Origin: an uncultured Christensenellaceae bacterium
GTDB lineage: Bacteria; Bacillota; Clostridia; Christensenellales; DTU072
Direction of reading: 5' to 3'
NCBI GenBank assembly: GCA_964480195.1
Contig: CAYZOJ010000001.1
Span: forward strand, 651-64,650
Length of the DNA stretch: 64,000 nt
Shown piece after piece: positions 28,273 through 37,400 of this stretch. A model generated the notes under the pieces. That model was not told where the DNA came from. It saw only the letters and a program-made list of their open reading frames with translations, and made no database searches. Made by a program: the position numbers and the translations under genes. Positions within the stretch are counted from its first letter, which is position 1. Every line of letters starts with the position of its first letter.

Positions 28273-28466
28273 GGCGCATTGTATAGCTCTCGGCGGGATA
28301 TTTAGTCCTATAATGCGAAAAAATCGGAGCGGAAGCTGTACAAAGGTACGCGGGCGGAGATTTGGGCGCCCGTAAGGGCTTAACAAGCCCTTTATTTCGC
28401 ATTAGAGGGCTGAAGAGCCCGTCGAGAGCGTGTAGACAAATAAAACCCGAAAAATTAAAAATAGGC
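28273..28466. ncRNA. unclassified structured module, copy 1 (candidate RNA or ssDNA element; strand undetermined)
   Basis: Colinear with 51048-51250 in the same orientation. The closing helix is gctctcggcggg (28286-28297) with cccgtcgagagc (28418-28429). The inner helix aatgcgaaa (28312-28320) with tttcgcatt (28395-28403) shows three compensatory pair changes in copy 2. Nested hairpins are gtac-aaag-gtac, cgggcg-N10-cgcccg and aagggctt-aac-aagccctt. Confidence 0.5.
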
Positions 28467-28483
28467 ATCCGCTATATCTGTTT

Positions 28484-28520
28484 ATACAAAGAAAAAAGCT
28501 GTCCGAGCGTCGAACAGCTT
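28484..28520 (-). terminator. rho-independent terminator of the IS200/RAYT-like gene
   Basis: aagctgt (28496-28502) pairs with acagctt (28514-28520), with an inner cga/tcg extension. On the minus strand it is followed by TTTTTTCTTTGT. Confidence 0.75.
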
Positions 28521-28558
28521 ATCTTCTTACTTCAAGTTAAATGCCTATTTTTCGGGTT

Positions 28559-29869
28559 TTATTTGTCGTAACACATTGAGGTGAGCGTCATTATTCGGTT
28601 GGGATCTTCAAAGGTGTTGATTATACCGAACTGCTTGATTACGAACTCGACGCTCGTATTTCTCTTTTCCGCAACGTATCTGATAAGCTCGACAAGGAAA
28701 TTATCGTTGAAATACACGACTTGTCCGCCGGCAACCGCACAATACGCAAATCCCATCATCGAGAAAATCTGGTCGATGCTGTATCCGAGTCTGTCGGAAA
28801 GCAAAAGTATGGTGTCGCGCATAAGCTTGTTGCCTTCGGGTACGATTTGCAACGCTTCTACGTTCTGGTCGTACGTTTGGCGCATATTGACGGTAAGTTC
28901 CGCCATAACCTTTACGAGAGTAACATACTTGTCGGTGCGGGTTATCGCAAGCTTCGAGCATATAGCATCGTAACTGAATCCACCTCTCTCGTTGATTTCC
29001 GCAATAATCCTCGGCATAAGGTTGTTGGGAATGGCTCTCTTGGTGTAGCAACCATAGTCGATGAGCACGTTTTCGATGGTCGCACGGAACTTGTCGATTT
29101 CGGGAAGATTAAGGAAGTCTTCCGGTATCGTACGCAAGCCGTCGTCATACGCTTCCGCCAAAAGCTTTTCGGCTTTAGCAACGCCCATCGTTTCATACAA
29201 ACTGTCACGGCACGCGAGCGAACCAGCGTCGGAACACGCCTTGCCGTAAGAGCTGAACGGATACGCCCAACTGTGCGTTAAAAAGTTCGCGTACGGCTGA
29301 CTTTCGATAATGGCTACGCTTTCGGCTAAATCTTTATGTTCCTTAACTTTCTTTACGCGAAGTCTGCTCTTGAATACAAAACCCGCCGTCTGGAAGTTCT
29401 CGTTAAAGAACTTGGCGTAAAGCGTGTTTGCCGTATCGAAGAATCTACGGTAGCTTACGGGCGTTTGGTCATATGACGCGATAAGGAAATATGCCCTATT
29501 GTTGATGACGGAGTATGCAACTATATCCACGGGGAACGATCCGACTGCCGTCATTATACATTTGAGATAATACATCTTTGCGCCCGGGGTGGGGAATACT
29601 ATACATTTGGGTCTGCCGTCTACCGCTACACGATAGAAATCCGGTTTGACGGTATTGTACGCGTTGACGCGACGATCCGCCCTACGTTGGTCAGACGGAA
29701 GTCTGCCGATGGGGGCTGCGTTGATTATTGCGCGGGTCGGCTTACCGTGTACAAATCCTGCTTGAATAGTGTTCGCCTCTACGGGTCCCACGTTTGTAGG
29801 ATTGGTTACGCGGATAGTCTCCTGCGGAGTGTTACACGAGCATCCGTTGTGATTGTGTTCGTTTGCCAT
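28559..29869 (-). CDS. IS200/RAYT-like (COG1943, Y1 HUH transposase fold) homolog with degenerate catalytic motifs and an HTH-like C-terminal region
   Basis: The core aligns by eye with Firmicutes IS200-like/REP-associated tyrosine transposases. Examples are DFYRVAVDG vs GIYHVMLRG, VAYSVINNRAYFLIA vs YAYCLMxNHxHLLI, GFVFKSRLRVKKV vs GHLFQDRFKSExV, AIIESQPYANF vs RYIHQNPVKAG, and YPFSSYG vs YKWSSY. HUH is replaced by R-A-Y and the helix Tyr is absent. 436 aa. Confidence 0.65.
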   Translation of the reverse strand: MANEHNHNGCSCNTPQETIRVTNPTNVGPVEANTIQAGFVHGKPTRAIINAAPIGRLPSDQRRADRRVNAYNTVKPDFYRVAVDGRPKCIVFPTPGAKMYYLKCIMTAVGSFPVDIVAYSVINNRAYFLIASYDQTPVSYRRFFDTANTLYAKFFNENFQTAGFVFKSRLRVKKVKEHKDLAESVAIIESQPYANFLTHSWAYPFSSYGKACSDAGSLACRDSLYETMGVAKAEKLLAEAYDDGLRTIPEDFLNLPEIDKFRATIENVLIDYGCYTKRAIPNNLMPRIIAEINERGGFSYDAICSKLAITRTDKYVTLVKVMAELTVNMRQTYDQNVEALQIVPEGNKLMRDTILLLSDRLGYSIDQIFSMMGFAYCAVAGGQVVYFNDNFLVELIRYVAEKRNTSVEFVIKQFGIINTFEDPNRIMTLTSMCYDK

Positions 29870-29921
29870 AGTCTATTAACCTCCTTGACTACGTTCAAAT
29901 CTATTTTTGTTTTTTGTGTTT

Positions 29922-29950
29922 GGGTACCTTAAAGCTATGTTAAGGTACCC
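29922..29950 (-). terminator. perfect 11-bp stem-loop just downstream of the symporter stop (atypical terminator)
   Basis: gggtaccttaa (29922-29932) pairs with ttaaggtaccc (29940-29950). On the minus strand an A-rich rather than T-rich tract follows, so it may be a processing or stability hairpin rather than an intrinsic terminator. Confidence 0.3.
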
Positions 29951-29957
29951 TTAATTA

Positions 29958-31676
29958 TTAGTTTTCTGCGCCTTCGGTTACGACTGCGGTTGCAGGTTCG
30001 GCTTGTGCCGCAGCCGCTTTACGCTCGTTGATTGCCGCAACGAGTTCGCGTTGTTTTTGCTCCGTAATCGTATAGAAGAACATCGGGATGATACAAGCGA
30101 TAAAGCTCAAAACACCGGAAAGTACAAGCATTAGCCAGAGCTTGTTAAGACCTTCGGTCGTCATGGAACCTTCGGGGTTGGTGGGGCTTATTCCTGCCAT
30201 GCCGTATGCGAGAACGCCGATAAACGCGCCGACTGCCATACCTATCTTATTGATTAAGGTCTGCATTGCGAAGCAAATGCCTTCCGCACGTTCGCCGGTC
30301 TTCCACTCGAGATATTCGACGGTGTCGCCTATCATCGCGTACGTCATTATGTTGTTGATACCTTGAGGTATACCGATAATTATCATACATACGATACTTA
30401 CCGCAAGTCCGCCCGTACGGAACGCGCCCGTACCGAAATCCCACATGAAGAACATTATGATCATCGCGACCGCGCCGAGAACGTGCGAACCGATGTACGT
30501 CCATTTCTTGCTGAACTTTTTGGTAAGCCACGGGCAAAGTACCGACGCGACAAGACCTCCGGGGATTACGAGTAGCGTCAAAACGCTGTATGCGGACTCG
30601 TTCTGCAACGCGTATTTACAGAAATACAGACCGCCCGTGTATGTATAGACCATTCTCGCTCCGCCGAGGATACCGGAAAGAACTATGAGCATAAGCTCTT
30701 TATTCTTAAAGAGGAGTTTGAGGTTGTGTCCGAGCGACGGCGGTTTTTGAGTGCTGTCTTCGATTGTTCCGCAACGTTCTTTGGTGTGCTTAAAGCCTAC
30801 GAAGAACAACGGCATAGCTACAACAACGAGAACTACCGCTATAATAAAGTACGTCCAACGCAAGGTTTCTTGGTTTTGAGTCGCATATGCGGGAATCAAA
30901 AGACCTTCGAGGCTCTTCCAAGTGGTTGCAAACTCCGCTTTCAATGCGACGCTTTCTTGTCCTAAGAAGTTAGTTGAAATATCGAGATACGGTTTTGCGG
31001 CTTCGCCGAGAAGTACGGTTCCGTCGGCAATATTCTTAATTGCGTAAGCGTCATACTTGAAACCTGCGGTAACCGCGGAAGTGATAATCGGAACGAATAC
31101 GGTAACGATACCGGCGCCGAGTGTGCATATAAGACGAGCAATCGTAAGCATGTTTCCGCGTTTGGTCGTGTCGTTTGTCATTGCCGTGGACAGCGCCCAA
31201 TACGGAACGTCGGCGACTGTATAAACTACGCTCCAAATAACGTAAATGATAGCAACACCTACAAAACTTCCGGTATCCGCTTTGAACGCGGGCAAAAAGC
31301 AGAGTATCGTCATAATGCCTATCGGGATCGCCATCCATTTAAGATACGGACGGCATTTGCCCCATTTAGTACGTGTTCTATCGACTATCGAGCCCATAAT
31401 CGGGTCGTTGAACGCGTCAAACAATCTGGTTGCAAGCATCAAAATCGCAACTGCGACAACACCTGTCGACGCGCCTACTTTTGCGTTGATGTCGAAGCCC
31501 AACGCGTCTGTCATAAAAATCGTAAGGTAGCTTCCGATGATGGTGCATATCAAGTTTTGTCCGAAACCGGCTATACTGTAAGCCCAGCCTTCGTTTGCCT
31601 GAATATCTCCGTCCCCGGGAGTGGTACCGAACAATTTGTTGGAAAGATTATTCCATGTTTCTTTTAGATTTGCCAT
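29958..31676 (-). CDS. glycoside-pentoside-hexuronide (GPH):cation symporter family transporter (MFS_2)
   Basis: 12-TM profile with an N-terminus WAYSIAGFGQNLICTIIGSYLTIFMTDALGF typical of MelB/GPH carriers. At 572 aa it carries an extra central loop and a C-terminal tail. Confidence 0.85.
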   Translation of the reverse strand: MANLKETWNNLSNKLFGTTPGDGDIQANEGWAYSIAGFGQNLICTIIGSYLTIFMTDALGFDINAKVGASTGVVAVAILMLATRLFDAFNDPIMGSIVDRTRTKWGKCRPYLKWMAIPIGIMTILCFLPAFKADTGSFVGVAIIYVIWSVVYTVADVPYWALSTAMTNDTTKRGNMLTIARLICTLGAGIVTVFVPIITSAVTAGFKYDAYAIKNIADGTVLLGEAAKPYLDISTNFLGQESVALKAEFATTWKSLEGLLIPAYATQNQETLRWTYFIIAVVLVVVAMPLFFVGFKHTKERCGTIEDSTQKPPSLGHNLKLLFKNKELMLIVLSGILGGARMVYTYTGGLYFCKYALQNESAYSVLTLLVIPGGLVASVLCPWLTKKFSKKWTYIGSHVLGAVAMIIMFFMWDFGTGAFRTGGLAVSIVCMIIIGIPQGINNIMTYAMIGDTVEYLEWKTGERAEGICFAMQTLINKIGMAVGAFIGVLAYGMAGISPTNPEGSMTTEGLNKLWLMLVLSGVLSFIACIIPMFFYTITEQKQRELVAAINERKAAAAQAEPATAVVTEGAEN

Positions 31677-31686
31677 TACCTCTCCT

Positions 31687-32322
31687 CTATTTGACTACTT
31701 TACCGAATGCTTCGATAATATCGTCGGTTGTAATATCCGTTTTACCCAAAATTTCGCCCGCTTTTTCCGAGATGTACGCTTTGCTCGCGTCTTCCAACGC
31801 GCGACATACTTCAAAAGCTCCGTCCATATCTTTTGCGCAAGCCAAAACGCCGTGGTTTGCCATAAAGCATGCGTTCTTGCCCTTAATTGCGGTGGTTGCG
31901 CCCGCCGTTAAAGTCTTGGTTCCGGGCAGTCCGTAAGCTCCGCATTCGACGTCTCCGCCGAGTATGACTTTGAGTTCTTCGTCACTGACGGGAAGAGCAA
32001 GACGCGACGCCGCAACTGCAGATCCCCATACGGGATGCGAGTGTATTATCGCGCCGATTTCCGGTCTTTCGCGATATATTGCCGCGTGAATTTTCTTCTC
32101 GGAAGTAGGTTTGACGTCTCCGCCCCACTCGAGGGTGTTGATGTCTACGACAACGAGATCTTCCGGGCGCATACGGATGTAATCCATTCCGCTCGGAGTA
32201 ACCAACATACGGGATTCGTCTATCCTTATAGATATATTACCCCATGTGCCTTGTACCAATCCTGTTTCCAGCAAACGCACGCCGGCGTTCTTAACTATCA
32301 ATCTTAATTCTTGTTCGTTCAT
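31687..32322 (-). CDS. class II aldolase/adducin-family protein (FucA/AraD-like, metal ligands intact)
   Basis: GTWGNISIR, IIHSHPVWGSAVA (HxH) and MANHGVLA (third His) are present. Confidence 0.85.
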   Translation of the reverse strand: MNEQELRLIVKNAGVRLLETGLVQGTWGNISIRIDESRMLVTPSGMDYIRMRPEDLVVVDINTLEWGGDVKPTSEKKIHAAIYRERPEIGAIIHSHPVWGSAVAASRLALPVSDEELKVILGGDVECGAYGLPGTKTLTAGATTAIKGKNACFMANHGVLACAKDMDGAFEVCRALEDASKAYISEKAGEILGKTDITTDDIIEAFGKVVK

Positions 32323-32328
32323 AAGCGC

Positions 32329-32958
32329 CTAACCTTTGATCTCCGCCTTCTTGGCGTCTTGATCTTTCTTGCTGTATTTGGTTTTGTATACAAAACGCAT
32401 AAGTAATGCGTCCGGCAATCCTATTTTTACGGATTTGCCGAGCACGGTCGAACCGACATACGCGACGGCGCCCTTTTCGAGTACCATCGATCCCGTATAC
32501 GCTTCGTCGGGAGTTCTGCCCGTCGAAACGACTCCGCCGTTCTTAATAAGGCACGCGTTCCTGCCGTTCAACGTGTGGAGTACGTCCGTCGCGTTGTTCG
32601 AGGGGGATACTCTCGCGGAAGGTCCTATTATTTGAGCCATGTCGTCGAGTACGGCGGGGAGCTTCTTTGCGTACTTCGCAACGCCTACGCAATACGGCGC
32701 GTGATTGATTACTATCGACGCGACGTCGGCTCTTCCCGCATATATGGCAAGGTGAAGAGCTTGGTTTTCGGTAAGCACACCCTTTTTGTCGACAAAAATG
32801 ATATCGGCTTCGGAAAGCTCGGACATCGGCTTGTTTTCGGCGGTGATATACATGCCCGCGTCTGTTTTGACGCTAATGGTATCGCCTACTCGGACAAGAC
32901 CGTTAGCGTCGAGTTCGGACGCGTACTTCAACATTTGATTGACTACGACTTTGTTCAT
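32329..32958 (-). CDS. class II aldolase/adducin-family paralog lacking two of three metal-binding His
   Basis: The same fold is recognisable, but the HxH position reads IVINHAP and the NHG position reads KNGGVV. Confidence 0.8.
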   Translation of the reverse strand: MNKVVVNQMLKYASELDANGLVRVGDTISVKTDAGMYITAENKPMSELSEADIIFVDKKGVLTENQALHLAIYAGRADVASIVINHAPYCVGVAKYAKKLPAVLDDMAQIIGPSARVSPSNNATDVLHTLNGRNACLIKNGGVVSTGRTPDEAYTGSMVLEKGAVAYVGSTVLGKSVKIGLPDALLMRFVYKTKYSKKDQDAKKAEIKG

Positions 32959-32959
32959 A

Positions 32960-34462
32960 TTATTTTACAAGACCTCTATCCGTTTTGACGACGGTCGAGA
33001 ATACTCTGTCGAAACGACGGAGAGCTTCGTCGATGACTTCGTCGGTATCGGCAAGCGAGGTGTAGAGTCTGGATCCCGCGAGGGTGACTATGCCGTTTGC
33101 CATGTATGCAGCACCCATGTGCTCCATAGCGACTTTACGTTCCATAACCATAGGCTTGTTCTTGAGAACGCCGAGGAGAGATTTTACGAGGCTGAACGAA
33201 GAATAGTCGAAGCTCATAGCGCCCGTGCACTCGAGGTGGACGATCGAACCTTGGTTGTATACGACGTACGGGAGATTGTACTTCGCGACGAGTTCTTTAA
33301 GACCCGCGGTAAGTCTGTCGCCCGCAAGACCTGCTTTGACGCAAGCGTTGGTGCGTTCGATTTCTTGGATGGTGAGGTAACCTGCGAGAGAGCTCAAGGG
33401 GTTAGCAGCGAGGGTTCCGCCTACGTATGCACGATGTTTGCCGGTCGCGACGCCTGCAGCCATAAGACCTGCGTACTTCTTGAATCCGCCGACACCGCCT
33501 GCCGCGGGATATCCGCCTGCGATGATCTTACCGAATACGGTAAGGTCGGGTTCTACGCCGAAGTAACCTTGTGCACCGCCGAGTCCCAAACGGAAACCGG
33601 TAACGACTTCGTCAAAGATGAACAACGCGCCGTACTTGTGAGCAAGTTTCAGAGCTTCCTCATTGTAGTTCTTATGTACGGGACGGGTACCCGATTCTGC
33701 GCCTACGGGTTCCACTATTACGGCTGCGGTGCCACCGCGCAACGTGTTGAGTTTGAGCATTTTCTCGAGCATTTCGAGGGAGTCGGGTTTGACTTCGTCG
33801 GTTTCTCTATATGCGTTTCCGGGGATACCGTGAGATTCGAGGAACTGTCTGGTTCCGGGTATTTTAAGACCGTAAACGACCTGATCCGACCAGCCGTGAT
33901 AAGCACCGCCGACTTTGATTACTCTCTTTTTTCCGGTAGCTATACGAGCGATACGGAGAGCCGCCATAACGGACTCCGTGCCCGAACCGAGCATACGGAA
34001 CATTTCCACAGCAGGCATATGCTTGTTGATTTCTTTTGCGAGCAAAAGTTCGGACTCGTGCAAAAGTCCGGTAACGGGACCGCAAGTGTCGAGGAGCTTT
34101 TTAACTTCTTCTCTGACAGCGGGATAGTTGGAACCGAGAATGGTCGGACCGCCGGCTTGCAAAAAGTCGATGTATTGATTGCCGTCAACGTCGTACATAT
34201 AAGCGCCTTCCGCTCTTTCCATTGCAATCGGGAAGGGATAGTTGAACGCGAGGTTGTGTTGAACACCGCCGGGGATATAGTTCTTAGCCTCGGTGGCTAT
34301 ACGCTTGGAACCTGCGCAATGAGTGTCGAAATACTCGAGCACTCTCTTATGCTCTTCTTCCGAAATTTCGTAGATGGGTTGTGCGGTAAGCTCTTTGAGC
34401 TCTTTGTAAATACGTTCCGGTTCTTCCCATTGTTTAATCGAATACCTTTGTTCGTTGTCCAT
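32960..34462 (-). CDS. class III PLP-dependent aminotransferase/aminomutase (glutamate-1-semialdehyde aminomutase-like)
   Basis: GGAYHGW, FIFDEVVTGFR and the PLP-lysine context FGKIIAGGYP. 500 aa with a roughly 60-aa N-terminal extension. Confidence 0.88.
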   Translation of the reverse strand: MDNEQRYSIKQWEEPERIYKELKELTAQPIYEISEEEHKRVLEYFDTHCAGSKRIATEAKNYIPGGVQHNLAFNYPFPIAMERAEGAYMYDVDGNQYIDFLQAGGPTILGSNYPAVREEVKKLLDTCGPVTGLLHESELLLAKEINKHMPAVEMFRMLGSGTESVMAALRIARIATGKKRVIKVGGAYHGWSDQVVYGLKIPGTRQFLESHGIPGNAYRETDEVKPDSLEMLEKMLKLNTLRGGTAAVIVEPVGAESGTRPVHKNYNEEALKLAHKYGALFIFDEVVTGFRLGLGGAQGYFGVEPDLTVFGKIIAGGYPAAGGVGGFKKYAGLMAAGVATGKHRAYVGGTLAANPLSSLAGYLTIQEIERTNACVKAGLAGDRLTAGLKELVAKYNLPYVVYNQGSIVHLECTGAMSFDYSSFSLVKSLLGVLKNKPMVMERKVAMEHMGAAYMANGIVTLAGSRLYTSLADTDEVIDEALRRFDRVFSTVVKTDRGLVK

Positions 34463-34495
34463 TTGTTGCCTCCTATATGGAAATGTTTTTATTTT

Positions 34496-37400
34496 TTATA
34501 CTATTTCAAAATCCAGCGACGACTTGCCCTCAAACGAGTAGTTGCCGGAAATCTTTACCGTGTATTTGCCCTTTTCGCGCGGGAGCGAATCGAGGAGTAT
34601 GCCGTTTGCGTCGTAATACAATATGTCTTTGGCGTCGATACGAGATATTGCGCCGATGGCGTCGGTATATTGAGCGCCGAACGACTGTATTTCGCTACCC
34701 GTAAACGGCACGGTCGAGCTTTGCTTATTGTAGTTGTTGGGCGTGATGAAATCGACGTTTATCACGGCACCGCTCTTGTTCTTTTCGACGCGCTTGGGAT
34801 AAATCGTGAGAGTGGGCTTGCCGTAACCTATATTATACAGAGCGTTTTGGTTCTGTCCGTCTTTGAGCTTTACGAATATTTCGTACGTTCCGTATCCGCC
34901 CTGCGCGGTGTATTTGACGTCCTCGCCCTCTTCGCGATATATTTCAAGCTCGACTACGTCGTTACCGACGAGTTCGTCCTCTTCGATGGTGTATACGATG
35001 TCGGCGTCCGCCTCACCGTACGTCTTTGTCATACTCGAAACGTTAACCATTATATACTTTCTGGTTATGGTGAGTTTGAGAGTGTCTTCCTCGACCCAGC
35101 TTTCGTTATAATATTCGTTCGCGAGTACGTGTATGCGGAGAGGATATACTCCGGGATAAACGGGAGCTTCCGTACTCCATTCGCCGTCGACGAGGAATTC
35201 GACTTCGGTATCGGGAACGGTAAATCCCGCTATCGACTGAGTTATCGTAATGGTCGGTTTGGTGACGGAGCCGTAAGCCATGGTCGAGTTACCGCACTTG
35301 GGCTCGGCGGTAAGTTTACGGTACGACGTAACGTCGAACGCGGTCGTTCTTTCGCCGTAAATGAGAGTTACGGTCTGAGTGGTCTTGGTACCGCCCTGAA
35401 CGTTTGCAAACGGATCTTGAGAATATCCGTTTATAGCTATAAGACCGCTCGTCATAGGCAATACGTCGGACTCGCCGTTATCGTATATGCGTTCGATATA
35501 TCCGCCCTCGGTATTGAGCGCCTGACCTTCCGCATACGTCAGAACGGTCGGGACGGTCTTTACTCTGATTTCCTTGAGCGTACGCTCGGATACGTAAAGC
35601 CAGAAAGTCGCGTTGCAACCGCCGTACGATATCGTAGCTTGTTGGAAATAACCGCCTTTATCGCTCTTTACGTAGTGCTTGTCGTAATCGAGATATCCAG
35701 CTTTCAACGTGCGCGTAACGCGCTCCCCGCTCGTAAATTCGACATCGAAATACAAATTGCCTATCGTATCCTCATCGAGATACGTGGCGTTGAGGTCGTC
35801 TTTATATGTTACTTTGTACGCGTTGCGCGTAACGCCATCGACGGTAACAGCCTCCATTCCGGGTTGCTTATCGTCAAACGAAATGCTTTGGACGCTTCCC
35901 GACGCGACTTCGACTTGGAATGTCGTAACGTATCTTCTTACGGTTCCGTCGTTATCGGTTATCGAATAAGTCGCGGTAATCGTCTGGATTCCCAAAACGT
36001 CGGGCGTAAATCCGGTAAACGTCCAGAGGCTCGAATCCAACGTGGATATGACGGACGACGTGCCGTCGTTAAACGTACGCGTAATCTTTATTCCGCTCAA
36101 ATCGAGTTCGTCGTCTATGCCCGAAACGTAAACGGTTTTATCGGGAGCTCCGGTAACTTCTATTGCGGAGACCTGTCTTCCCTCAATCTTGGTTTTTATC
36201 GTAAACACCGTGCCGTAATAACGGAACATTACGTCTTTTCTGCCGGACTTGCCGTCGTCTTCCGTAAGAAGTTCGACGTCATTGCCGTCGATAGTGAAGA
36301 TTACGGAATTCGATCCCGATTTCGTAGCAAGCATTCTTATCTTGGAATTGATTAGATCCGAAATCGACGCGAACGTGTAAGTCGAATCGAAATTGTATCC
36401 GCTTTCCGCAAACGTTATCTTGGTTACGTAGTCCTCTTCGGGTACGGCGTGAACGGTAAAGGTGCTCTCCTTCCCGGTGATATTAACATTGACGGTGTAA
36501 TCTCCGACATAGGAAAGAATATCCGTCGGGGTACCGTCGTAATATATCGAAATGTACTTTTCGGGTATCGGCGACAGCGTTTCTACGGTATTGTCGTTAT
36601 ACTCGACGTATACGGAAGAACCGTCAAGATCGAGCTCCGAACCGATTTTATAGTAGTTGCGATAAGGCTCTTTCGCGCTGACGGATACCGCTACGCGAGC
36701 GATTACCTTGACTTTGAATCCCGCCGTTACACCGCCGACGGAGAAATTGATGGTCTGATATCCGTCTTTGCACGCGCTGAGCGAAAGACGGAATTGCGAA
36801 CCGTCGGACGCCAAATCGTTTTCGTTAAGCGAAGCCCACGTCGAAACGTCGTTCTCGTCGAACTCGTACGTGCCGTTATCGTAAAGGGTGTTGTAACGAA
36901 GATATGCCGTCGTAAACATCTGCCCTTCGACAAAAACTTTATTGGCAACCTGTTCGGCGGGGTCTTTGCGCGAATCGGCAACCAAAAGACGGTATGCCTT
37001 TTTGCCCTCTACCGCGATGTGCATGGGGGTAGCCCAATCGCTGTTGCCGTAACAAATATAGACAACGTGTTCTTTGAGCTCGGTGAAACTATGGTCTTTG
37101 GTTATGCGCTTATCGGCGGTCGTACCGTCCAAATAGTAATAAAGGTTGTCGCCGTCGAGAGAAATATTCTCTTTTTTGCCGTCTTCGTAAACGACGGTCG
37201 CCCTACCCGTACTCCAGTCGATTTTGTCGCCCTCTCGGATTTTGGAAATTTCCGTTATCCACGTACTTCCGTCAAGCACTATGCCGACGGTTTTGGGGAA
37301 GACGTCAATAGTTAAAGTCTTGGCTGTAGGAACCGCAACCGCACAATTAAATCTTGCGGACTTACCCATATACGTTACGGTTACTTTGGAATATGCGTTT

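Noticed and set aside
28435-28567. Integron attC site (an imperfect inverted repeat at the 3' end of a gene, overlapping the stop codon)
   Set aside because: The arms do not fit the R''/R' core consensus (RYYYAAC / GTTRRRY); they read ATAAAAC / GTTTTAT. No intI integrase or cassette-array organisation is present.
32939-36355. 1138-aa plus-strand ORF spanning 3.4 kb
   Set aside because: It is the in-register antisense frame of two well-supported minus-strand genes (the aminotransferase and the 1221-aa lipoprotein) and crosses their intergenic gap. Such a frame is interrupted only by sense codons TTA, CTA or TCA, which these genes evidently avoid. The translation is compositionally odd (V/R/F/G-rich) with no recognisable motif, SD or signal.
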